Below are positions 13,990-25,900 of a DNA stretch of 64,000 nucleotides, one piece after another. The number at the start of each line of letters is the position of its first letter. Positions within the stretch are counted from its first letter, which is position 1. The notes beneath the pieces were generated by a model, which was not told the origin of the DNA, ran no database searches, and saw nothing but the letters and a program-made list of their open reading frames with translations. The stretch lies in contig MU053594.1 of NCBI GenBank assembly GCA_013239625.1, forward strand, positions 460,355 through 524,354, read 5' to 3'. Source of the DNA: Lama guanicoe (taxonomy: Eukaryota). A program made the translations under genes and the position numbers.

Positions 13990-13992
13990 ATG
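13990..13992 (+). CDS. TMPRSS5: TMPRSS5 exon 1 coding part (start ATG only)
   Basis: ctgtcccctATG|gtaagg; strong donor, phase 0 into exon 2; the preceding sequence resembles the recalled human 5'UTR. Confidence 0.85.
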
Positions 13993-16900
13993 GTAAGGCT
14001 GCACCTCTGTGCCATCCTGATTGGGCCTCTCTCTCTTTCTACCCTGACCCTTGACCCCACCCTTGGGATGCTCGGCTCTCGGAAAAAACCTTCTCTGGCA
14101 GTTCCTGTGCAGGGACTAGATCTTAGAGGGGACCCTGTGTGGCCAACCTGCTGGCTTTGTTTTCCCCCAGGGCTGACTTATTCCTTGCTCTTGACCCCCA
14201 CGTGCCTAGCCAGGTGCTCTACTCACAGGCAGTGCTTAGCAAATCATGGCTGCATCGAACTCCTACTCAAAAGGGGGACCAAGAAGTCCTGTAGCATCAA
14301 GACCATTTTCCCAGGCTAACCACGTGAGCTAGGACAAGTGAGTGTGGAGGTGGGGCAGCACTCGAGGTGAGGTCAGTTTGTTCAGTGGCTGAGCTTCAAG
14401 CCAGGCTCCCTGAGTGTGCCCTGGAATCCTCTCTCGACCAAGCCATGTAGCCTGGGAAGGGTGGTCTGCAGAGAAGATGGGAGTTACTTCAACTTTAGGG
14501 GGCTCTGTCTACTTCACTGGATTATAAATTCATTGAAGAATCCAGAGCTTATACATATTTCATTTTATATATTATATTAGTATATATTATTATACTTAAT
14601 ACTTATGTTGTACTTTATAAAACACTCTCAATCACATAAGCTTGTTTAGTTTCTTCCTTCCTCCCTCCCTCCCTCCACTATCTGTCTCCCTCCCAAATTC
14701 CTCCCTCCCTCCATTCCTTCCTTCCTTCCTTCCTTCCTTCCTTTTTCCCTTGTATTTAATATGCATTAACTGAATTCCCACATTGTGCTGGGCCTTGAGC
14801 TAGACCCTGGGATTTCTAGACCAGAGAGGAAGGAGAGAGAGAAGGAAACGAGCATAATATTGGGTCACAGTTGTGGCCATGTGGTTTGAAGAAAGCTTCC
14901 AGGAAAAACGGCATTTGAGCTGAGTCCGTATGTGGGGAAGGGGACAGCAGGTGGCATGCCTCCGTGGTGTGAGAGGGGACAGCAGGTGCCACGCCTCCGT
15001 GGTGTGAGAGCGAAGACACCGGGGACAGGCATGTCTGTTAATAAGACCCTGAGTTCTGCTGGGGAAGAGTTAGTGCTGGCAGGTGAGGATGGAGAGGGGA
15101 GGAAGGGTTAGATCACAGACGATGCTGTGATTCATGCCAGGAGCTTTGAATTTATCCCAAAGGCTGCAAAGATCATTGGACACTTTAAAGGTGGGGTTAA
15201 CTTGTTCATGTTTGCATTTTGGAAAGATTGCTCTGGTGGAGAAGAAATGGAGACGAGGGCCAGCGGGGGGTGGGGAGCTACTCACTGGGAAGCAGGTGCT
15301 ATTGCTCTTGTTTCATAAATGAGAAAATTGAAGTTTGGAGGGTTGATGAGTTGTCAAGTTCACACAGCAGGCTGTAGACCGAGCTTTGAACCACTGGCCC
15401 AATGTTTTTGCCAAGATCTTATTTTCCATGACTCCTCTTCATGGTACATGAACCTCAGGCACGTGTGTGACTCACCCCACCCTCTGCCTTCTTACCGCCA
15501 CGGCTTTGCCTCTTCAGTCCTCTTTTGCGAGAACGCCCAATGCCCATACAGGCCAGTTCAAACCCTATTCATCTATGACAGCCTGTCTCAGAGGCTGCCC
15601 CTTCCAGGAAGGCTTCCTTGATGTCCCCAACAAGAAGTAAGCTCTCCTTTTGAATTCCACTGGTAGTTGAACTGAGCTTTTCTTCTGTCACTGAACACAG
15701 GCTACTTTGCTTATGTGATTGATCTTTAGGACTCACATGCAAATTCTTTGAGGCGGTGGTGATGGAGGTCCATGTTCACTGACCTTGAACTCCTTCCGAA
15801 TCCCCCCCCATGGCTGTGTACTTGGGCTAGACACTGTGTACTGGGGGAATGAACGCATGGTTCACTGGGGAGGAGCACCTCTTCCTCTGAGACAGGAGGG
15901 AGTGAGGAAGGCTGGGATCGTAGGGGCTGAGGAGGGATGCTGAGGGACTCAGAGGGTGCCCTCCACACTAGCAGGGGGCAGGGTGAGCGGGTGGTGAAGA
16001 GTATGGGCTTTGGAGCTGGCCTCATCTAGGCTCAGGTCTCTGCCCTGACACCGGCTGTGAGAGGAAGGTGGGTGGGGTTAGGGGCCCCAGGAGAGCAGGG
16101 AGGCCTGAGAGGCATCTGTGGGAACACACAGAGTCCCCAAGACGGATAAAAGGTTTGTAAGTGGCAATGAGGGCACGGCCAGGGTCAGTGAAGGGGGACG
16201 CGTGGTGGGTGGTGACGCCTCTCCTTGGTGAGTGACTGGCAGGTATTTCCCCAGGGCCTGATGCCAGATGGCCCGGCCCCCATGGAGGCTCCGTATGCAG
16301 AGGAGGGCCCAGGACCCAGGATCTTCAGAGCAGAGCCAGGAGACCTGCTACGGAGGCTGGAGGCCCAGCAGCAACCCAGTAAGCCAGACGGGGCGGTAGG
16401 GGAATGACAGGGTGGGGGCAGTGAAGGGACAGTGTTCCTACGTCCCCCAGATTCCCTTTCCCCCATATCTTCCTAGGTCAGCCTTAAGTGGCTAATGGCA
16501 GGAGGCTGTCTCACTGTTTATCCCAGACCTGCTCGATTGGGCTCTGAGGGCTCCAGTGATCAGAGCCCTGCCCCTGACTCATCCCAGGATGATGGGGCAG
16601 AGAGAGGTGGGCTGGGGCAGCAGGCGAACTCCTGTCCTGACTGGGTGGCTGCCTGGCCCCAGCGTGGCACCTCAGAGTGGAGTGAGGCTGGCAGGCAGGA
16701 GCAGGGCCCCCAGACTCTCCTCTGTCCTCCCCCACAGGCTCCTGGGCAGGGCGCTGGTGTACAGGGCGGCGTGGCTGTGCGGTGCTGGGAGCCCTGGGGC
16801 TGCTGGCTGGCGCGAGCTTGGGCTCGTGGCTTCTAGGTCAGTGCTGGGACCTCAGTGGTCAGGAGGGACAAAGGACAGGATCTAGGGGGTGCTGGGAGAG

Positions 16901-19900
16901 AGGAGCAGGTGCCGAGCAGGTGTTAGGGGCGGGCGGATGGGCGAGCATCTTTTCCATCCACTCTGAGTAGATGGCGAGTGGAGGAGGGGTGAGGTCCGCA
17001 GGAGGGACTCAGGCTCTATGTAAAGAAGAACGTTTTAGTCCTGCGGTGAGAAATGTGCTCGGGTGGGGTTAGGGGCCCCAGGAGAGCAGAGGGGCCTGCT
17101 GGATGATCCAGGGAGGCCCTAGTCAAACTTTTCCCAGAGACCTTTCCCAGTCAGAGAGTGACAGAGTCAGAGAGAGCTCTGCCTGTCTTCTGTGTGCTGG
17201 GTGTGGGCCTGCCTAAGGCGGGGTGGTGATGCGGGGGCCCCAGGAGGCTGCTTCCGCCTCCCTCTGCTGCAGGGGTCTTGTCCTGCTCCTTGGCCCCTTC
17301 CTGTAGGAATCCTTTCCGTCCCCCGGCCTTTTCACGGTGGCCCTCTTCCTGCCTTTGTCCTCTGAAGTGCTCCACCTGTGGCCAGCCGCCTCTCAGCCCG
17401 TTCCCGGGAACTTGCAGGATGAGGAGATGACCTTGAACTGCTCAGAGGCCAGTGGTGAGGAAGCCCTGCAACCCTCGCTTCCCAGAGCAGGTGGGCAACC
17501 CCCCCAAGGCTGGGAGACTCCCACCCCAGCTGCTGCACGGGTCTGAGATCCTCCCTTCTGACTGGGGGCCAGAGGACTAACGTGAAGGGCCAGGAGTTCA
17601 CTGTCATTCCCCTGTGTCTCCGTGGTGTAAGGGTGGTGACACGATCCAGCCTTGAAGAGCTGATCTCTGAGTTTAGGGCTTCCAGCCCTCCCTGGGGACT
17701 GTCTTTAACTCTAGCTGGGGCAGAGCCAAGAGCCCAGGTTGGCAGGAGAGATGGCGACTTGCCATTTGGGGCTGAGTAAGCCTGCAGGTGTGTGTGGGGG
17801 GAGATGGGGGAGCCAGTGCGTGGCTGGCCAAGGTCTCTGGTAGAAGGCTGGGGACATCATTCCACATTGTCTCCCCCTTCCCCACCCCAATCTTGTCCCC
17901 TCCCCTCCAGGTAAGAGTTGAGGATCAGAAGATACGATGCTGCCAAGGCTGGGGTTAGAGTCAGTCACAGAGGTTAGCTGGGACGGCCTGGAGCTGCCTT
18001 TGGCTAGCTGTGTGTGCCTTTGGGTGAGTTACTTCTTTGAGCCGCCATTTCCTTCTCCATGAAATGCGGTAAAAAATATTCACTGCACCAAGTTGTAAGC
18101 TTGATAATAGCATAATATATGAGAGTTTAGCCTGGAAAAAGCAGATGCTCAGTAAATGGCGACCATCGCTGGTACCGTCACAAGATTTGAAACGTGGTCC
18201 TTGAACAGGTCACTTAACCTCTGCGCCTTAATTTCCTCTGCAGAGCAGGGAAGATGGGAATTCTCACCCCACAGGACTGCTGTGACACTTAGCGATGGAG
18301 CACGTTTGAAAGCACTTGGTTAAAACACAGAACTAAAATTCTGTGCAAAGAGGGGTTGTGTGTTCTCAGAACTGGCTGGATCCCTGGGGAGCATCTGGGT
18401 GACCCAGATGCTGTCATGAAGGCATCTTCGAGTCTCTTCGTAGCCAGGTCCGGCTTGCCCTGCCCACACCGCCCTTCCATCCTGCTGCAGGTGGGATGTG
18501 GCTTTGATGCTGTGGTTTCAGTATCTTTCAGAATAAACACCGAGGACTTCTTTCTGGAAGTGCAGGTGAGGGCCCGGCCAGGCTGGCTCCTGGTCTGCCA
18601 CGAGGGCTGGAGCTCTGCCCTGGGGGTGCGGATCTGCCGGAGCCTCGGGCATCTCAGGTAACTGGGGCCAGACCCGGGGCCTGGGGAGGAGGGAGGGCTG
18701 GTGGGCGGGGTGAGGGGCAGTGGAGACCTCTATCAGCCTGTCAGCATCAAAGTACTCAGGAAATGGCAAGAGGTCATTTTGGTCATCTCCTGGCCCCTGG
18801 GCATGACGGTACCCCAGCCTGTTTCTCTCCTTTGCACATCCCTGCTTTTTAACAATTATGAATCCCAGAAGAGGTCATTGTCAAAGTCTTGTTCAGTCAC
18901 TATCCTGGTACCGTATCTCCCGCACATTCCGGTTATGATAACCCCCATCTCTCGTGCTGCAGTTTAAAGCCCATTTCCTCCTGTTCTGTTCCCTTCTCCT
19001 GCCAAGACTCACTCACGACAAGGCAGTGAACCTGTCTGACATCAGGCTGAACAGCTCCAGGGAGTTTGCCCGGCTCTCTCCTAGACTGGAAGGCCTCCTG
19101 GAGGAGGTGTGGCAGCCCAGGTAGGGCTTCTCATGAAGCTGAGTGATGCCCCTCGTTTCCTAGTGAGCAAGCCAGGAAAAAATCTTCCTAACATGGGACC
19201 CTGGTGGCCAGGACACTGGAGGTGTAAACAGGACGACAAAGGGGAACATTTCCCAATTGGAAATTACTAACTCAGTTCATAGGAGCCCTGCCCGTCAGAG
19301 TTTCACACACGTTATCCTATCCGCCCCTCGCAAGAATGGCAGGATTGGGTATTATTGTTAGAGGATTTGATATGGTACTCTGATTCTCATTTTACAAGTA
19401 GGGAAACTGAGACTCAGTGAGGTCAAGGGCTTTGTGCAAAGTCACAGAACTGATAAACAGTCAAGCCAAGTCTTGAAACCAGGCTTCTGGCTCCCAACTA
19501 GTGCCCTCTCACCCCTGCTGCACCTTTTTTGGAAAGTCTGGCAACTCAAGAGAGAGACGGTTGATGGCTTGGAACCTAGAGACCCTCCAGAGAAGAGGGC
19601 TCTGGGATGGACCCTTCCTCAAATCCTGGGGGCGGGTGCAAGCTGAGCAGGTCTTTGCCCTGCCTGGGTGTCCTAAGCTTTCTGGCAGCTTCCTGCCATC
19701 CCTGCATCGCCTTTCCCATCTGAACCTCTGGCCCCTGCTGTACAGCTCCTGTGCCCTGAGAGTCCGTCAGGGGAACGTGGCTGCCGATGAGGGAGGCTCA
19801 GAATGCATCCCTGTCTTGGATACCTGACCAGGCAAAGGGAAGGAGGGCTGGGATGGACTCCACTAGGAGACTGGAGGGCCGTGGGTATGGGAAACGAAGA

Positions 19901-22900
19901 AGCTGAGGACTCAGACACTGGGCTGCTGGGGCAAGAGATGAGTAAAGAAAGAGAAGAGGGCTTTGGTCCGAAAGGACTTGAGGTTTATGCTAAAAAAGAG
20001 GAGAGGAGAGAGAAGAGCAGGTGTATGAGCACATATGACCAGGAAAAGGTCTGGGGAGGTCAAGTCAGCTTAGAGAGGAGCATGGGGCCAAGAACCCTGT
20101 CCACTCAGTGACTGGTTTATCCTCTCAGCCACTGAGCACACATTTACGCAGGGGCCTGAGTGGGAGCAGCCGGATTTTCACGTCTGTGAATACTCTATTT
20201 GTGACTTTGGGCCCTGTGCAAATCGACCCCGGGGGACCACGATGTCCTGCGTGCCTGGGGCCATTGGGCAGAGGGTGCCCTGCTGGCCAGGACACCTGCT
20301 ACGAGGAAGGGCCTGGGGGCTTGGGTGGAGGCAGGAGGCAGATGACTGTGGCTCTGGGAGAGGCCATCTCTGCTCCCCGCAACAACTCCCTCCTCCTCCA
20401 CGCCCTCAGGTGGGTGTGCGGCCTTGGGTGGGGCCTTGGGTGGCCCCCGCCCAGCTGCTTGCTTGCGCGCCTCTGTTTCACAGGGACAGCTGCACTTCCG
20501 GTCAAATTGTCTCCCTCAAATGCTCTGGTGAGTCCTGTCCTGGGTCCAGGAAGGTGGCGATGGGAGGAAGGCTCTCCCTAAGGGTGAGAGAGCCGCACGG
20601 AGAGGCTCAGCCGGGTCTGGAGTGGGGTTCCTTGCCCGCCTGCCCAACTGCCTGCTGGGCGCCTACTTGCAGACACAGTTCTGCCCAAGCAGAGCCATGT
20701 CTCAGCCTCTGTCACGTCCCCCACCAGCCGCTGGTCTGGGCAGGCGACCTCCTTGCTTCGCTGCCTGCCCTGGCCCCTGACACTCACCCCTCTTCTTCTG
20801 AAGAGCCCCAGAGGTGGATTAGCAGCTTCTGGAGACTAAGGAGGGTGGGGAACAAGGGGCCACACGGGAGACAGTCTGTGGCATTCCTTTCACCCGTCTT
20901 CCCAGGCCCGTAGCCGTCTCGTCATCTGGCCTTCGTGCATCCGTCCGTGCACCAGTATCTGACCCCTCCTACGGGGCAGATATTTTCTTAGGTATTGAGG
21001 CTCCGTAGATAATGCAGCCGCCGTCCCTGCCCTCAGTGGGCTCACAGCCTGAGCTCACGTGCTCAGGACCAGGAGTCATGAGCGGGGGCCATCCACGCCG
21101 CGGGGCCACACTCCCAACAGTTAGCAGCACCGTGCCAGCATCCGCCTGTCTTCCTCTCCATCTCGCTGGTGCTTGTCTGTCTGCAGAGTGTGGGGCCAGG
21201 CCCCTGGCTTCCCGGATAGTCGGCGGGCAGGCGGTGGCTCCCGGACGCTGGCCCTGGCAGGCCAGTGTGGCCCTGGGCTCCCGGCACACGTGCGGGGGCT
21301 CCGTGCTGGCCCCACGCTGGGTGGTGACGGCGGCGCACTGTGTGCACAGGCAAGTCTGGGGAGGAGAGCGCCTCCGACGCCTCTTCTGTTTGGCTGTTGC
21401 TACGTCCTGTCTAAGATGTCCTTGTCCAACTGCCTGCCTCCCATGTCCGCTGCGCGTGGGCGCTGGTGGTGTTTGTGAACTTCTCCCTGTGCAGTGCCAA
21501 GAACAGCTTTGTTTAAATAGCCCTAATAATACAAACATTCTCTAGAAATAATACAAGTATTTTTTAGAATATTTAGATTTAGGATATTTAGATTTGTTCG
21601 GGTTTTCAGCTTTTAAAATGCTCTCACACTCCCAGCACTTCGTGCTTCTAAACACTGATCACCACTGTAATTAAATCATTTTTCATGTGATTATTGGTTG
21701 AACGTCTTTCTCCCCCTTTAGACTGGAACATACATGGGAAGAGGGACTCTGTCTTGTTTCTCACTGAATCCAGCCCCTTTGTTGGTCTGTCCACTGCCTC
21801 GTCCCCGTGGCCCAGGACAGTCCTGGATGTAGCAGGGGCTTAATTACTACTGGTGGAAGGAATGAACGAGCTCTTCGGCTCTCTTGTTTGGTGGCAGGCA
21901 GGGCAGAGCGCGTAAGCCTCATCTTATAGCGAGGACTCTGAGGCCGGGAGGGCTGAAGCCCCTCCCCGAGAGCACAGCTAGGAAGGGGGAGACAGGACTG
22001 GTGGAAGCTTCACTGCCTTGGCTGAGAGTTACCATCTCACACAGGGCCTTCCCATTTGTCATAAAACCTGGTGGGGGTTATGCAGGAGAGAGGGGGTGGT
22101 GGTTGTAGATACCCCATACTGTCTCACTTCGCTCTCCATCAGTGCCTGAGCATTTATTAAGCACCTACTGCATGCCCAGGGTCTTGCCAGCTGCTAGGGG
22201 GATTCTGAGAGGCCCGGTTATGGGGTCCCACCAATAGCTCCCTCCACGCACTGCATCATTTACATCAGCCTCTTCGGCCCCTCCCTCCCCCGGGGCTCAG
22301 CATGGCTCCTGTGTGCAGTTTCAGGCTGTCCCGCCTGTCCAGCTGGCGGGTCCACGTGGGGCTGGTCAGCCACAGCACGGTCAGGCCACACCAGGGGGCT
22401 CTGGTGGAGCGGATCATCGCCCACCCTCTCTACAGCGCCCAGACCCACGACTACGACATGGCCCTCCTGCAGCTCCGGACCCCACTCCACTTCTCAGGTG
22501 AGGCTGTGGTGAGAGGAGCAGGCGCCGGGGAAAGGCGGAGAGGCAGGCTGGTTTCTAAGATTTCCTTGAACTGGGAACCTTAAAAAATTCACTTCTCTTG
22601 GTAGCTGTCGTGCGCTCTGGCATCACCTGGCCCTGAGGTGGCCCTGACTCTTCCATGTAATCCTTTGGGGACAAACATTCTGGCCCTTTTCACAGCCGGG
22701 CTGCAGGTGGGATTCGTCTCGAGGTCCCAAAGAGGAGCATCACAATTTCTCCATCTCCTGCAGGCTGCTCCGGCCCGGGCCCCAGGCTGGTGCCAGGTCC
22801 CAGCCAGGCCAGAGTTAAGAATAGTTAACTAGATAGTTAACAGTATCACAGTTAATAACTAGAACCGTGTTATGGTTAATAAGATTTCCTTTACCAAATA

Positions 22901-25900
22901 TGCTTTCATCCAATCCTCATAACAGCCCCGACAGGGAGAGGAGGCAGGTGTATACAGGTAAGGATGCTGGCGTTCAGTGAGGGAAGTGACTCTCTTCAAG
23001 TTCACGAGGCAGACAGCCCCCCGGCCAGGGCTTCTCCCCCACAGCATCTCCCCTAGAAGGGCGGCTCTGCCACCTGCACGGGCCAGGCGCACTCACCTAC
23101 AGACACACATACTCACACTTGTGGAAACACACACGCACGTGTGTGTGCCCTCAGATGCTCACACGCTCATGCCAGGCTCACAGGGGTACGCGTGCACGCT
23201 CATTCCTATGCATACATAGCCACGCCACACACACGCACGCTCACAAACACTCAGCACGCCTCCCTCCCGTTGCTACCTGGAGCCTTGGGTTTCCCGAACC
23301 ACAGTTGCTGCTGTCTCTGCCCTGTTGTTCAACAATGAACACTTCTAAAGTGACTTAAATGTATTTAAAGGGAAACTTCAGGTTACACCCTAACTAGAGA
23401 ACCCATATGACTAACAGTAAATAATAACCACAAAATAATAATAAGCACAGCAAATAATCACCACCGAAATGCAGAGAGTGAAAACAAAGCCACGCTCAAG
23501 TCGCAGCTCCAAGCTGTCCTCTGCAGAGCGGCCCCGCCCGGGGCGCCGTCTCCCCGCTTCGCGGGGGCGCACAGACAGGAGCAGAGCAGCGCCAGCCGGG
23601 GCTGTTCTCCTTGGTGCAGTCGAGGGGCTGAAAGAGAACTGGAGAGGGAATTCTTTCTCCCAGTGAGACGGTGTTTATCTCATGCATGTCTGCTCACTAC
23701 CTAAAATCAGGTTTGGGCTCCGCCCCATCGGACCAGTCGGAACAATGCCCCAGCGGGGTCCAAACACCCTGAGGAAAATCTAAAACAGGTCATCATTAGG
23801 AGAGATTAGGAAGGAATGTCCACACCCCCTCAGTCCCAGGTGGGGGGTGCTCAGTGTGGACATCGCCCAGCCTTGGGCGCCCCATGAACTGCGGTTTCCA
23901 CACTGTCCTCTGTGTGCATGGTGCCCCCCCAGGTGGTACAGCGCATGCGTGACCCGCCTAGTCGTACAGGAGGCTGGAACCAAGACAAGGAGGGGGCAAG
24001 GATGTCTGCCAGGCCTGCTCTTTTCCCAGCCTCAGGGGGAGGGAGGCCTGAGTGGGACCCAGGACCCCCACCAGACACCACACACTCTCCACAGACACCG
24101 TGGGTGCCATGTGCCTGCCGGCTGAAGACCAAGATTTTCCGAGGGGCTCTCAGTGTTGGGTGTCTGGCTGGGGCCACACTGACCCCAGCCACAGTGAGTC
24201 AGCTCCCAGGGCTCTGGATGCAAAAGGGGTGGGGGGTGGGGGGCATCCTTCCCTAAAGTGAGGCACCTCCACCTCCCACCGCCTTCTCCCCTGGCTGCAG
24301 GGCAGTGCCGGCCCCCTCCTCCTCTGGCATCACCTTTGGCCAGACCTGCGGGCCCGTCTTCCTTGCCTGCATCTTTCTGGGGGAACAACCCCATGTTTCC
24401 CCCAAACCCAGGCCCTTGCTTCCCCTTCCCTTGTCCTGGGAGCGCCAGGGCCTTGGCATAGGGTTGTATATGTGAGGTCTGCTCCTCCTCATTCCCTGCC
24501 CCCAGGTCTGACAGACCCCTGCCTCCTTGCCCAGAGTCCACAGCTCCCACCCTGGGACCCCCTCTTTGGGTCTCTGTGTCTCCCGGGCCTCTAACCCCCT
24601 CTTGCTGCTCTGCCTTCCTGGGGCCTGGCTCCGTGTCCTTCCATCTCTGCGTCTGCCTCCTGCAGCCCACAGCTCGGACATGCTCCAGGACACGACGGTG
24701 CCCCTGCTCAGCACCCAGCTCTGCAACAGCTCTTGCGTATACAGCGGGGCCCTCACACCCCGCATGCTGTGTGCGGGCTACCTGGACGGGAGGGCGGATG
24801 CATGCCAGGTGCGGCAGCCAGGGGCCTGGGGCGGGGTGGGCAGGGTGTGCGGGGCTGGTGGAGGGGTGTGGGGCTGAACATCCTCTCTAGGAGTGGGGAG
24901 TGCCCAGGCAAGTTGGCTGTGTGCTGAGGGTTTAGGAGGGCGAGACAAGATGGGATCCATCCTGGAAGTAGGGTGGTGTGGAATCTACGGTGGGCTCCCC
25001 GCCCTGGGGTGGTCTGGATCCCCTCTCCCAGGAAGGACTAACTGCTTGTTTCTCTTGTCCTGGTGCCTGGATCCCTCAGGGGGATAGCGGGGGCCCCCTG
25101 GTGTGCCTGGACGGGGGCACATGGCGCCTGGTGGGGGTGGTCAGCTGGGGCCATGGCTGCGCGGAGCCCAACCACCCCGGCGTCTACGCCAAAGTTGCCG
25201 AGTTCCTGGACTGGATCCACGACACCACGCAGGTGAATGTGGGGCCAGGTGGGGAAGACCTGCTTGTAGAGGACCCAACCCTCGAAAATCGTGACCTCTT
25301 AGGCCTGGGCCCTCCTGGGGGCTGGGGAATGTCCCCAGAGTGGGAGGGGGAAGAGGTGACACTTCTAACGTTGAATCCATTTGATCAGTTTAACCACTGA
25401 CTCCGGAAAAGTAGACCTGATTTTGTAGCCCAGATTTGCCGTTTCCTGTTGATTCTGGCAAATTCCTGACCTTGGTCATAACCATCGTGGCTGCCTTGTG
25501 TGCTAGTATGTGTGATGATCACATGAGGTCAGGCCTGCCCAGTGCTGGCTCAGAGTGAGTGACCCTGGTGTTATTATGTCTCTACTTAGGACCATTACTC
25601 ATCCCTGGACGTGCCTGCCCTCCCTGCACTAGGGAGAGAGCTCAGTTTAGGAGCTTGGGTTCAGCGAAAATTAATTCTGTGTGCTCTGGGCGGGCCACTC
25701 ACCTTCATCTGTGTGGTGGGAGAGCCAAGTGAGAGAATGCGTACAGAAGCGCATCATTTGTATGAAGTATTTTACCAATGCAGGGCGTGACAATGGGAAA
25801 AGTTGGGCTCAGAGCAGGTGGTAGATGATAAACTCTGGAGTTTGCAGGGGACACAGGCATTCATCTTCTCATTCAAACCTTATAAAAAAAAACTGGGAGG

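Noticed and set aside
18491..18521. Upstream AG with a better pyrimidine tract, 31 nt before exon 5
   Set aside because: Out of frame; homology and phase support 18522.
22820..22885. Short repeated tagttaac motifs
   Set aside because: Likely the degenerate AT-rich tail of the adjacent MIR-like element; no spacer structure and not CRISPR-like.
24032..24765. Long antisense ORFs over exons 10-11
   Set aside because: Shadow of GC-rich coding and intronic DNA; low-complexity G/R/P products.
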